DNA of 64,000 nucleotides. Origin: Lophium mytilinum. Lineage: Eukaryota. A program made the translations under genes and the position numbers. The notes beneath the pieces were generated by a model. The model ran no database searches. It saw nothing but the letters and a program-made list of their open reading frames with translations, and had not been told where the DNA came from. Numbering within the stretch: position 1 is the stretch's first letter; each line of letters starts with the position of its first letter. The stretch is taken from assembly GCA_010093605.1 (NCBI GenBank), contig MU004199.1, positions 372,001 to 436,000 on the forward strand, read 5' to 3'. Below, in pieces: positions 42,544 through 53,869 of the stretch.

Positions 42544-43395
42544 CTACGCGGCGGACCTGTGTTGGCGCAACAGTTCTTCTACTTGGCTCGAGAAATCGTA
42601 CAGAACTTTCTCAAGATACGTTTCAAAATCGAGCAGGGAGAGCGAGTCCCAGGGCTTTTCGTAGAAGTTGTTGACAATGAAGGCTACAAACAGGTCCTTG
42701 GCTTTACGAAGCCACACGTGGCGGGGGTCTTTCAGCGTGGTGCCGACTTCGTGAACTCCTAAGATCCGGAAGTTGCACTGTTTGAAGAAGTCCTCCGTCA
42801 TGAGGGTCTGTTGGCGTCCGAACTGATAGCACGAGTAGTCCATATAGTAAACTTTGCCATCATTGTCCGTAATTCTCAGCACTTTGTGGAACGTCGTCTC
42901 TTGGTCACACTCCGTGTCGTCGTCGGTCCAGGCGTCTCGCGGAATCCACTTTTCTTCTCTCTTTACCACCAATTCTTTGACGTCCACTAGGTCCTTGTCG
43001 AGCATGGAGGCCACAGAAGGTCCCAAAAGTGCCACGGCATCGTCACATTGCCAGGCGCAGAGGGCAGCCCTTCTCTCCAGCACTTGCTCAGAGTTCGCGA
43101 AGTATTCCGGCGGCAGAGGGTAGGTGTTCACGCCAAGCTCGGTTGGGTATCCGGCGCGGAGGGTCGATATTGCGAAGGTTTTTCCTCTCCCATCTTCCCT
43201 CAGCCACAGCGGTCCCGAGAGATTTCTCTCAAAAGTCACCTCTCGGTACAGTAGGAAGATTTCTCTCAACACTGCGTCGGCGAAGAGCAGCCGCTTTGGC
43301 AAGGGGTCGTTCCAGCAGGGGCAGAGTAGGGGCGAGGCGGAGGAGCAAAGAGGGCAGGCGGATCCCTCCAGAGAATCGTACAGTAAGGTCGTCAT
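42544..43395 (-). CDS. Cys-His-Asp family member TG7, intronless, N-terminal Cys cluster
   Basis: Likely ATG 43395; CPLCSSASPLLCPC; WQCDDAV, FHKVLRI, YMDYSCYQFG. Confidence 0.82.
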   Translation of the reverse strand: MTTLLYDSLEGSACPLCSSASPLLCPCWNDPLPKRLLFADAVLREIFLLYREVTFERNLSGPLWLREDGRGKTFAISTLRAGYPTELGVNTYPLPPEYFANSEQVLERRAALCAWQCDDAVALLGPSVASMLDKDLVDVKELVVKREEKWIPRDAWTDDDTECDQETTFHKVLRITDNDGKVYYMDYSCYQFGRQQTLMTEDFFKQCNFRILGVHEVGTTLKDPRHVWLRKAKDLFVAFIVNNFYEKPWDSLSLLDFETYLEKVLYDFSSQVEELLRQHRSAA

Positions 43396-43993
43396 CGTGA
43401 GAACTAGAGCGCGGAGGGTACGAGCGCGTGTACGATATGTCAAAGAAAGAGGCAATTCGCGGAGTTCTGACAGCTGGGAGCAAGAACTATTCGACGAAGA
43501 GGAAACCAAACTGGGCACGCAGCATCAGGAAAAGGTAGATTTATGCGAGCCCCACTTTCGCTAACTACCTACATTGGGCCCCTGACACCATTTTGGGTGA
43601 AGGTACAGAGAGTATAACCATTATTGCCTTCGGACCTTCACCCAAACGGAGTGAAGACTGTGGCTCCGATATGCTGAGACGCCTTCACTGCCTATCTATG
43701 GTCAAGATAGTGCTTTGGTGATTTATGTCGGCAAATTATTTGGTGAGCTCGAGACCGGATTAGGCCGTGCGCCCAAGCAATGCGTTGATGGGTCACGTGG
43801 ACAGTAAATTCTCAATCGTGAACGTTCTCATCCGGGCGCGAGAACAACAGCCAGCACGTACAGCATCACAATCCTCCAACGCCTCTCCACGTCCCATCCT
43901 ACACTCTCTCCTATCCTACCGTAAGACGCCCCCCTTTGACGTTGTCTGTACTCCCTCCGACCTTCGTTTTGAGTTCCGCCAAAGACCATCAGC

Positions 43994-44888
43994 ATGGAGC
44001 GTCCCGGTCAGGATGACGAAGCTAGCCCGCAAGAGACCCTCGAGAAGTACGTCAAGATGTTAGACGGAAAGGAAGAGGAGGAAGACTTGTTGTCTGATAC
44101 GGAAAAGAAGTACAAATACACTTTCTGTGTGCTCTACACTGTACAGCTGCTGTGGAAGATGATTGCGCCGAAGATCAGCACCGCCGACATAAGGCAGATC
44201 CTCGTCTGGGAAGACCATGTGGTTGGGCTCGTGAGGAACACACCCCCTGCGTTTGGACGGCCGTACCCCAAAGGCGCCAAGGAGCAGCATGAGGCAGCGC
44301 TATCAGCTTACCGACAGTGCGACCTGGCCGTATACCTGACCTTCGATCTTCTCCAGCGCGTCCTGAACGGTGAGTAAATCTACTTCGATTACCCAGTGAG
44401 TACAGCTGACGGCTGTGCTTTTAGACAAAGCGGAGGTCACTTGGTGCCACTTCCACCCCATCCCAACTCTCAAAGTCTGGCGCAACGACCCCAGTACCCG
44501 CGAATACACCCCCTATCGACACGTCGCCTTCCGCATACGAGTCGGCGCCTTAGACCTGATATACGACCCGACGTACGAACAATTTGGCTGGCCGCACTTC
44601 TTCTATCTGTGGTCCGAGTGTGTAAAGTTGCGCAGCAAAGACAACAAAGAGCCCAAGCTAGTCAACGTTGCTGAAGAGCGGGCAAAGTTCCAAGCAGGCA
44701 GCTTCTACGAGAAGCTTCTAGAGTGGACGTGGAGCGCGTTGAAAGACTGCGCTGAGGGGGATAAGTTCACATTCGGTAGATTGCATAGACTGAGCCAGGC
44801 AGAGAGACAGGAAGCGTGGGATCACGTTGTAGAGGCCGTGGGGATGCAGATCGACATCCTTTGCGCACTACAGGACCTCACAGCGTAG
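43994..44888 (+). CDS. Cys-His-Asp family member TG8
   Basis: YRQCDLA; intron 44370-44424 (GTGAGT..CTGAC..TAG); RHVAFRI, IYDPTYEQFG. Confidence 0.85.
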
Positions 44889-45391
44889 TTCAGGGGTCTC
44901 CAATGCCTATCTTGCTCTTGCCTTACCGCTGTCTGCGGGCCCTCAGCATGGTGTGAGTAACTTCAAGTGATGCTCAATACTACGCATTGCGAGACTCGTT
45001 GACGTTCAGAGCACTCTGATTTGGATGCGCGAATGGAGAGTCAGAACGACAACGTATGTATCACGCGTCATGATCCTGATGCATTTCCATCAAGCTGACG
45101 CTGTCAGAGGTGGCTCACACAGTCAAGAAAGTGGGTGGTAAATGCGCTCCGACACGGACTCAATATCGACACCACCACCAAATGACTCCCAATGATTCAT
45201 GGTTTCAGGCCAAGTCAGTACTGAGTCGTCCTTGCCAGCGAAGTCATAGCATATTCTCAATATATATACCAGTACCATCCACTTCGCTCTTCTCTACAAC
45301 CATCCACCTCCCAACATTCGAACCCATCTTGCAAGATCCAATATCTTTTATCCAGAAATAGCATCTATTGTATACTATTGTCACAACCATC

Positions 45392-46285
45392 ATGTCATCT
45401 ATCGACCCTAAGCTCCAGGAGCTCGACGCTGAGCTGGCTCGCGTCTGGCGTGGTATCCTCGAAATCATCTTCGAGCCCTGTGTTCCGTACGTAAAGGAGA
45501 CCGAAGGCGGGTTCTTGGTCTCTGGGAAGGAGGAAACGGGCTACAAGTTAATCACGAAGGATGAAGACCTCCTAACCTTCATCATGGCCGACCAGTGCGA
45601 CGATGCTGCTCAAGTTCTGTATGATATCGTACAGAAGATTTTCGGAAGTACGTGCAAAGCATGCTCGTAACATAGCCTATCAAGGAGCTGCGCTAACAAA
45701 CTCGTTGTAGCCGAGGTGCAGATGACGCAAATAGAGGTCAAGCCAAAACGAGCAGCCCTCTGGCCCAATCGAATCAATAAAGCTCGAGTTCGCGGGCATA
45801 TGGTTCTTCTCGTTATGCTCCCGGACAGAACGCAACTAGTCGTTGACCCAACTAAGGCACAATTTGGATTCCAGGAGTGCGGGTTGTCGCTACAGAAATT
45901 TCTGAAAGACTACGGTGTGAAGGGTGACGAGACCATTCCTCTCATCTTCGACCGGGAAACACATCTGCAGGAGATGGAAATTGCCTCTAAGAAGATGGTA
46001 AAAGCCATGAAGAATATGGAAGAAGCCTTTGCGTCCCTTGGGAGCTTTGTACCTGGGCCCCAATACCGGCCCCAAGACCATTACGAGTTATTTCAACACC
46101 TCCGCGAGCGCTTGAGCGAGGCATACGATGTCTGGCGTGCCGGTATCGATGATGGATCGAGTGTTGTGGAGGTTCTCAGCCAAGAAAACGTAGGAAGGGA
46201 GAGCTTCCGCAAAGCTATGTTGGATGGAGCGGAGAAAGCGGTCAAGGACTCGAAGGGAGGCAAGCTGCCCCGTTTTCTTCCATAG
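45392..46285 (+). CDS. Cys-His-Asp family member TG9
   Basis: DQCDDAA; intron 45648-45710; GHMVLLV, VVDPTKAQFG. Confidence 0.85.
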
Positions 46286-47143
46286 ACGTAGGATCCTGTC
46301 AGGGAGCGCACCTAGCGGGACTAGGTTGCTACAGGTTAGGGACCCGGTATGATGACGGTGTAGATATGTAATAGAAATCTGTATACTTGATCGACTTCAA
46401 AATGTCCTGCTGCTGCCTGAGGCACCATACCTGATGATTCACACGCCCAGAAGGCCCATGCGCAAGCATCAATTTGGAGTCATTGGCAGTCATCAGCGAT
46501 GAAGTTGACTCTCTTTCGGGATAGTCAGGCAATTCGATGCACTATCTAATCTAAGATAAATGCGCGCTACGCTATAGCGGATGCTGAGCAGCATTCTACC
46601 ACTTTTCGAGCACGACGCCGTCGTTCGAGATACTATAACCTGTTAAGCATTCTTCGAAACAATGCCATATTTTATGGACTTTAGATTGAATTGAGCACTG
46701 TTCTACTACCTCCCTATCGCGATGTCAGCGTTTAAGATGTCTTAACCCTTGGATGATCCCATGGGACCATGTAATAGATCTCGGACTGCATATCAACCTA
46801 CGTAACACTCTACTAGCTTTCCACCAAAAAACGATCGATGAAGGGCCTCGAGATTCTTAGAAACATTCCTGATAAAATGTACCATCTCCGATGCTTCATA
46901 TTGAGAAAACTGTATCTTGTTGCTTTTATACCGAGATAACGCTGTCAGAGGTGCCCTGATAACCTTACTTCAATCAACCACAGCACTCCATACCACTACA
47001 TCGTGATTGCGACTGAGCAAATATGTAGACTTAAATTCACCTCCCACCTTCACTAAGCGACCACGGCAGTCGCAATTAGCCCCATTTCTTTTGCCTTCAT
47101 CTTAACACTCCATTTCGTACTCATCCACCCACAGCTTTGCACC

Positions 47144-47986
47144 ATGGAAAACCAGTCCGGAACTACCCCGTTGCGCGATCGAGTCACCCAGAAGTTGCAC
47201 GCCGCATATGAGATCTGGGAGGTTTTTGCCCGTGCGTCCTTCGGACAGCGCATAATTCAAGTCGAAACCTCGACGCCAGAGGAACTGCGAGCAGTCTGGG
47301 CAGTCGCCGAGGGCCAATATGGGTGCGCACTACCCGAGGAAATGTCACAAGAAGACCAGCTGGCGTTTCTATCATTCAACACTTGCGACGAAGTGTCATA
47401 CATCTTCCTCGAGGTGCTGAAGCACATGCTGGGCGGTAAGCGCACTTCACATACTATTTTGACAGGAAAAGGGCTAATAACACCTACAATAGAAGACGTA
47501 GAGTCTATCTCCTGGTGGCGCATCCGCCCTAAACAATCACGCAAAGTGTGGATTGGCATGGAGGATGACGCCGAAGAGCTTCCCTACGACCATGGCCACC
47601 TCCGGGTCCAACTTGTAAACGGGACGGTTCTTATACCAGATTTTACGGGCGCCCAGAATGGCTGGCTATTCGAAGTGTTGGAGGCGGAGGTATACTACAA
47701 GACGCGCTGTGAGGACGGGACGGAGCCCTGGGTGGTACCTGCAGAGGAACAAGAGCATCTTCCGCAAAGCTATGCGGCGCAGCTTCGCGAAGTAGTGGTT
47801 AAAGCAGTTGACAAACTGTGCTGGGAGAACACCGAGGACATAGTAGAGGCGCCTGAAGAGGAGAAGATAGACATGAAAGACATGTTGGAAAAGGTCCAGG
47901 AGGCGGTGAGGCATTTCTGTGTACGTTGGGGGGAGCATATTGTGAGAATTATTCAGCAGAGGGTAGCAGGACCGTCAGCGGGATAA
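47144..47986 (+). CDS. Cys-His-Asp family member TG10
   Basis: NTCDEVS; in-frame 57-nt intron 47436-47492 (GTAAGC..CTAAT..TAG); DHGHLRV, IPDFTGAQNG. Confidence 0.85.
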   Translation: MENQSGTTPLRDRVTQKLHAAYEIWEVFARASFGQRIIQVETSTPEELRAVWAVAEGQYGCALPEEMSQEDQLAFLSFNTCDEVSYIFLEVLKHMLGGKRTSHTILTGKGLITPTIEDVESISWWRIRPKQSRKVWIGMEDDAEELPYDHGHLRVQLVNGTVLIPDFTGAQNGWLFEVLEAEVYYKTRCEDGTEPWVVPAEEQEHLPQSYAAQLREVVVKAVDKLCWENTEDIVEAPEEEKIDMKDMLEKVQEAVRHFCVRWGEHIVRIIQQRVAGPSAG

Positions 47987-49445
47987 GAGGCTGCAGATCT
48001 CGAGCATAGCTATTCTTTTCTTCCAACCGTTTGCCACCGTTTGAGGTGCCCCACTTAGCTCTTCAATTTCGGAATGAGTGTAGAGGTTTACGTAGTGCAT
48101 ATCAAGCCGACTGCCATATGCAGAGCTCTAGAGCTGTTAATTGCAGCGTAAAGTTTTTGGTCTGACTCGTGCTACACGACTTTTGACATCACACAGCTTT
48201 TATTTCGTAATGCGTAGGAGCTCTTCAAATCATTCTTAGTACCCTCAAATCAATAATCAATCATGCTACCTTCTTGGTGGGGCTGCCGAGAATCCTATTT
48301 GTGGCTCTAAAAGAGACCAGTCCACGTGATTGCGGCCATGCTCACGTGGCCCCCTAACCCATAGCGCCTTGGCACAAAATCTTCGTTAAAACCTCGACGC
48401 GCCTGACCATCCACCTTCTTCTCTTCATTGCCCCTTGGGAATCGAGGTCGTCGTAGTATCTTTCAATATACTTTGGCCCTCTCATAGTTCCGAGGATATA
48501 CAGATTGAAGCGCAAAACCTATTCTTGATCACCAGCTCGATGACACCACGCTGGGGATTGCTTGGATTGCCGACATCTTTTTTTCATTGATTCGCTCAGC
48601 TTGTCTGGGGTTTCGAAGAAGAAACCGTGCAGTGTCCTCATCACGCTGTTGAGTTAGGCTCAGGCTGGCGTGACATAGTTTTGTTATTGATTGTCGATGA
48701 CTGCCGCCACGCCAACACGCCGTCCATATGACCTTCCCTTGTTTGATCTCTCTCGCAAGCGTGCTGCCGAGAGTAGGTTGTAGCGCTGAGGTTGTGAGCG
48801 GCGGAGGTGCGCTGTTGGTTCACTGCGGGTTCGTGTTGTGGGACGCGCCTGGCGAGAGTCTGGAGGCTGCGATAGAGCGCCATCGGAACCGGTGTGCGAC
48901 ATTAAAGCAGCCATAGTTAAGATGTTTACACACGGAACTACTCTTCAAGCTGTGGGGGTCCTGCTATGTCTCGTGGTTGCGATGCTAGAGGCAATCTATA
49001 TCTCTGCTGGTGGACGGGCGCGGCCAAAAGGCGTCTGGCAGTGAGCAGCCACGCAACGAAGGCGCACCACCATGCATAACAGAATTCATATGAATGTACA
49101 CCATTGAATAGCATCACACGGCCGGGTATTTACATAGCTCGTTCGTAGGCTTCGCTGAAGATATCGGTATCCATCTGCGCTGACTGGCCTGCGGCCTCCG
49201 CTGACGGCCGTGTGAGGGACCACGCCCTCACAGCCGATCACCTTTGGCCCTGTCCACCCGTAGGGCTTGGATTAAGCCTATCCGGTAGGGTGAAGGTACA
49301 TAGTGAAGGTTACGGAGAGTCAGGGCTGGGCCACATAAAAGGCCTCGCCGCCAGTTCCTGAAATTTGCCAGCCTCGAACACCATCCTACATCACAGCAAA
49401 CATCACGCCGATAGTCACTCTCCTTTGCAATCTTCATCCGCAATC

Positions 49446-50289
49446 ATGCTTATCTCAGACGCAAACCTCGACGCAATGCACACCTTCTTCGACGACCTCT
49501 GGCGCGAAGTGATCCCAACCCTCCAACCCATCCACCCGCCGTTCGCGAAGAAAGACACCAAGGGCTTCAAGGTGTCAAGAAACCCCCGCGCTGGCTACAC
49601 ACAGCTGGCTGAAGGCGACGAGGATCTGTGGGCGTACCAGAATCGGCACCAGTGTGACAAGGCAGCGTACGTGATGTACCCGGTAGTCGTGAAGGTTCTT
49701 GGAGGTATATTGCACCCTTAGCAGACGCTTTGCGCTAAACAACCCCATACTAACGTTCATGTGCTTAGACGAAGTAGAGAAGGTGGAGATTGCCTACCTC
49801 TGGGTCGAGCCCGTTCGCCTCATCGAGGAGTGGATCGACATGGACGGAGAGCGCCGCCGTAGACACACTGTGATCGTATACACGCTGAAAGATGGCCGAA
49901 AGCGTGTCATTGACCCTTCGAGGTCCCAGTTCGGCATCAAAGACGTGAAGAAGTCGTACCACGAGTACCTAGATGCCTACGCCCCTGCTACGCCCCCGGA
50001 CCAGCCGCAATTGATGACATTTGGAGGATACGCAACGTTCCTGCGGCGTGGACTCGGAGACGACAAGTCGTGGCTACAAGAGCTCTTCTTCTACAAACTT
50101 CTCGCCGCCAATGTTACCATTACGTACAACAAGTGGGAAAGGGAGTACATTCAGGGGGGTATTAGTGCTGTGGATGTACTCGGAGGGGGTCAGGTTGAGG
50201 CGAAAGAGGGGTTGTCAAAGGCGATGAAAGAGGTCACGCTGCGTGTGAGAGAGATGGTAGATGCAGGGAAAGCGTCGATGAGCAACTAG
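49446..50289 (+). CDS. Cys-His-Asp family member TG11
   Basis: HQCDKAA; intron 49705-49768; RHTVIVY, VIDPSRSQFG. Confidence 0.85.
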
Positions 50290-51178
50290 AGATTAGTAGA
50301 GTAGAAATCAGCCTGGACTGAGCCTTGATTTGGCAGTGCTCTAAAGGGTTTGAAGGACCCCTGCACAGTTGAACATAGAATTAGTGTGATGTCAAAAGCG
50401 CCTATCTTCATATTGCATTGTTCAGCAGCCACATCTCATTGATCAATGACATATCTGCGTGAGGATCCTCAATAATGCTGAAATTGCAGAGGTAGTACCT
50501 ATTGTTCACAGCATGTGAAATCGGGGCAAACGCCAATCAATATTGGTATAAGCCAAAAAGCTCTGGGGTACACCTTAACATATCAAACTCAATAAAGACA
50601 ACATGTCATTTTCTTAAAAGTTAAAATCAGCGCCACTGGAAATCACCATCTTTTCTCCCTATCTAACACTGTTAAGAGGCCTCCAATAGTATGATTTTCT
50701 GCTGCAAGGTCGCCTTTGTTAGCGCTGCGAGAGTATAGACGTTTATAGTTCAATTTTGCTCATCACGCTTATATGTCTAAGGCTTTCCTCGACCAAGTAA
50801 TTTCAAAATGATGAAATGTCATATTCAAGCCAACTTGAATCATATAGAAGCCTTTCTCGAGGTTTCCAGCCATTTGAGGGTCCTCCTGCAGCTTCAATCA
50901 TCGCGAAATCCTGCTCAGAATCCGCCTATCCAATTCTCGGCCTACGGAACTTGGCATCAGTGGGCTGTGATTCTTAGAAAGCCATGAGAGGCTTAAGCAC
51001 GACCAAACCCTGTGCAGAACGCTCAAGAAATGAGCTTCAATCAGGAGTATGTAGAAATCGAGCTATGAGACTGTACAGGGTAAACACTTTCGATTCATCT
51101 AGTAACAACACCGCAAAGACCGCATGAACACCCCATATCCTCCCCCTAATCTTACAACTACGCCACTTCTCTCTATCC

Positions 51179-51715
51179 CTACTCCGACGCCCCCCTAACG
51201 GCCACCCGCAGCTCCTCCACCCCGAGCAGCGCTGCAAGCTCCGCCAGCTGCTCTTCCATCTTCTTCTTCTTCTTGTCCGAAAGACCCCCAACAACAGGCA
51301 GGCGGCGGCGGTCTGCCTGGTCCAACCAAGCCAAGAACGTCTCGAAAGCTAGGACCTCGATGCCCGGGAGGTTGTAGATATCTGCATTAAGCAGAACGGG
51401 TGCCGACAGGTCGAGGGCGGCAAGCTCGGCACGGGAGAGGGTGTAGGACGTCCGCTCGAAGCGGTCATGCGGCCACTTATCGACGCGGCGCGTGCGGCCA
51501 ACGATGAAGGTGATCTCTGCGGCCGGCTCTAAGTGTAGTGTTAGAAGCTGATATAATGAATGAATTGCGGGAGAAAGCGTACCCCAGAACGCCTTCTTCT
51601 CGATCTTCGCGGCCTCTGGCGCTGCTGTCTTTCCCTCTCTGCGGGCTCGGTCGGGCCACTCAACGGCGGTCTTGAAGACGGCTGCGAGGGCGTTGGTGAT
51701 GGTGCTGAACCGCAT
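51179..51715 (-). CDS. small protein with BTB/POZ-like motifs
   Basis: In-frame intron 51582-51529 (GTACGC..CTAAC..TAG). EITFIVG and DIYNLPGIEVLAFETFLAWL resemble the BTB start and end motifs. Confidence 0.55.
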   Translation of the reverse strand: MRFSTITNALAAVFKTAVEWPDRARREGKTAAPEAAKIEKKAFWGTLSPAIHSLYQLLTLHLEPAAEITFIVGRTRRVDKWPHDRFERTSYTLSRAELAALDLSAPVLLNADIYNLPGIEVLAFETFLAWLDQADRRRLPVVGGLSDKKKKKMEEQLAELAALLGVEELRVAVRGASE

Positions 51716-52090
51716 TGTTGTGGTTGTGTTTGCGTTTGTGACTTTGAGCTGCTGCTTCCAACTTTGTTAGCTGAAGGCCCATGAAGGGGTAGGCTTGAGC
51801 AACACGTACAGAGATAGGAACGATGCTGGTTGAAGAGAGGAATTGGAGGGACGCGGGTGAAGTGATTCTATTCAAAAAGGCGCTAGAGGGTGTGGTCATT
51901 GCTCCCCCCTGACCAATCAACTCGAAGCTGGGGAAATGCTGCAGTCTCTGCAGTTCGTGGTAGGTGCATAATTATCACCTCGACTATCCCGCGCGCTGCC
52001 CGTCGTGCCTACGGCTACATCCACTCCCATCACATTATATTGCGCCATTATCAACTTTAGAAACGCGCCGAATGGTACCAAGAGACCGCT

Positions 52091-53170
52091 ATGTCTACGC
52101 TATCAAAGAGCAACTTCGCCGACGCTCGCTATGGCAAACCAGCCATCGTGTGTAGTGTTCACGACGTCACCAACATGGGTGCTCGCACGGCTTCCCGTTG
52201 CCTCTGCCATGTCGTATCTGCCTTCCGCTGGCTCAATGGCCCAGTGCTAGCTGTCTGGGAAGCTTTCGAGTCGAATTTCCTCCGTCTAGATCTCTCCGGG
52301 CCACAGAAAGACAGGATGTACCACATCTTTCTCACGATGATCACGAAGCGACCCGCAGAGCCCTGTGTCAGAGAAGCGCTCTTCTCCGCACTGGATCGTT
52401 GGCGCGCGGTGCAGACTCATGAGCGCTTTGGGCCAGCAGCGACGTTGTTGCGCGGTCTGTTGTGCAAGGTTTTCTTGCATCGAAAACTGGATGGTAAGAC
52501 GCATAGAAATTCATCAATAGCACGTAGACTGATATATGGGTTAGTTCCTGTTGCCAAGATCGAGCAAGCGGCATATGTCGTCGAAGCCGCGGAGCTCCCC
52601 CACTGGGCTGCCATCACAAAGAAGATGCCATCGGGTATCTTCGAAGGATTTCCAGAGGATAGGCTAGTGATCGTTCCTGTCATCCTAATCACATTCGCCG
52701 ACCACGACTCGAATACCGTCGTCTTCGCTCCCCTTGGGCCGCATCTGGGCCTCCCAGCCGTCTTCCAATGGTCTGACTTTGTGAAGGTGGTTTCCAAGAC
52801 GGCGCAGAAACCGAAAACCATGGACCTTGAAAGCTGGTATGATCAACACTGGACACCCATCTGGACGAAATACTTGTTGGCCGAACAGAACGAGAAGCTT
52901 GAGAAGGAGAAACTCGAGAAGCAGCAGTCTGGGAAGGGGCGTAAGGACGCAGCGCGCGATGTAGTTGCGGAAAAGGAGAAGGAGAAGCGAGTTGTGGCAC
53001 TCTCTTGGCACAACAAGCTTGTATGGCATGTTGAATCGTGGACGACGCGAGTGGAAGGTCCTACCTCGGAGAACAAGTTTGATTGGATGGAGACCATGGC
53101 GGACGACAGATTTGTGGTTTATGCGAGGAGACTGGTGGCCAGGATTGAGGATGCATTGCAGGAAGATTAG
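52091..53170 (+). CDS. Cys-His-Asp family member TG12, triad-less (putative pseudo-enzyme)
   Basis: Phase-1 in-frame intron 52494-52544 at the family position. VPVILITF..VFAPLGPHLG aligns with HCVFKITF..FLDLTYSQFG; N-terminal CSVH..CLC. Confidence 0.65.
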   Translation: MSTLSKSNFADARYGKPAIVCSVHDVTNMGARTASRCLCHVVSAFRWLNGPVLAVWEAFESNFLRLDLSGPQKDRMYHIFLTMITKRPAEPCVREALFSALDRWRAVQTHERFGPAATLLRGLLCKVFLHRKLDGKTHRNSSIARRLIYGLVPVAKIEQAAYVVEAAELPHWAAITKKMPSGIFEGFPEDRLVIVPVILITFADHDSNTVVFAPLGPHLGLPAVFQWSDFVKVVSKTAQKPKTMDLESWYDQHWTPIWTKYLLAEQNEKLEKEKLEKQQSGKGRKDAARDVVAEKEKEKRVVALSWHNKLVWHVESWTTRVEGPTSENKFDWMETMADDRFVVYARRLVARIEDALQED

Positions 53171-53319
53171 ATAACCTCTATACAATTGTGACCCTGCTTG
53201 CCGGGCTACCTTCGGCCTTGACAGCGCTTTCGATCCAGGAAGAAACCGGTCCAATACGCAGGGCATCAGGATGCTTGAACGAATGCAAACATGATTTGTG
53301 GTCTATTTCGGCGCTGCTC

Positions 53320-53560
53320 TGATTCCGTCCCTCTGCGTTCGTCCTTTTGCTAGGCTGCTGTCACCGTACGGAGTCCCTTGGATACCTTAAATTCTTCAGG
53401 GGCGAATGTCAAAATCAACTGGTCCAAAATTGCACATGCTCTGGTTCTGCGCCTTTACCTTGATGCTGCTACTGTACGGAGTCCCCTACTCCCTTGAAAT
53501 ACTCCAACCCGGATAGTAGAAACTGAATCTAGAATTGCACTTCTCGGGGTTTAACTTGGA
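53320..53560. repeat. inverted copies of the 9.2-kb ~107-bp repeat
   Basis: GTACGGAGTCCC ending at 53377 and 53485 is the reverse complement of GGGACTCCGTAC; AATTGCAC is also present. Confidence 0.65.
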
Positions 53561-53869
53561 GTGTAGAAGTCGAGATTCTGACTGACGGCGGTCAAGCAAG
53601 GGCAAGAAGAGTGCGGAAGTCCAAGAACATAGCAGCAAACAGCAGGCATGTCTAATTTCGACCTCCGCAAGAGAGTGTTTTGTCATCCGCCCAGTCCCAG
53701 CTATTCGCGCCTGGGCTTCAGGCTCGTGGGCAAGGCTTTCGACGTGTACGCTGCAGATACTGGCGAGAACGTAGCAGGGCTCCTAAATACTAGCTACGAT
53801 TTGAAGTGCGAAGATCATTTCAGCCTTTCCACATCTTCTAGCAGTTCTCCTAGGCCGCTTTGGGGCACT

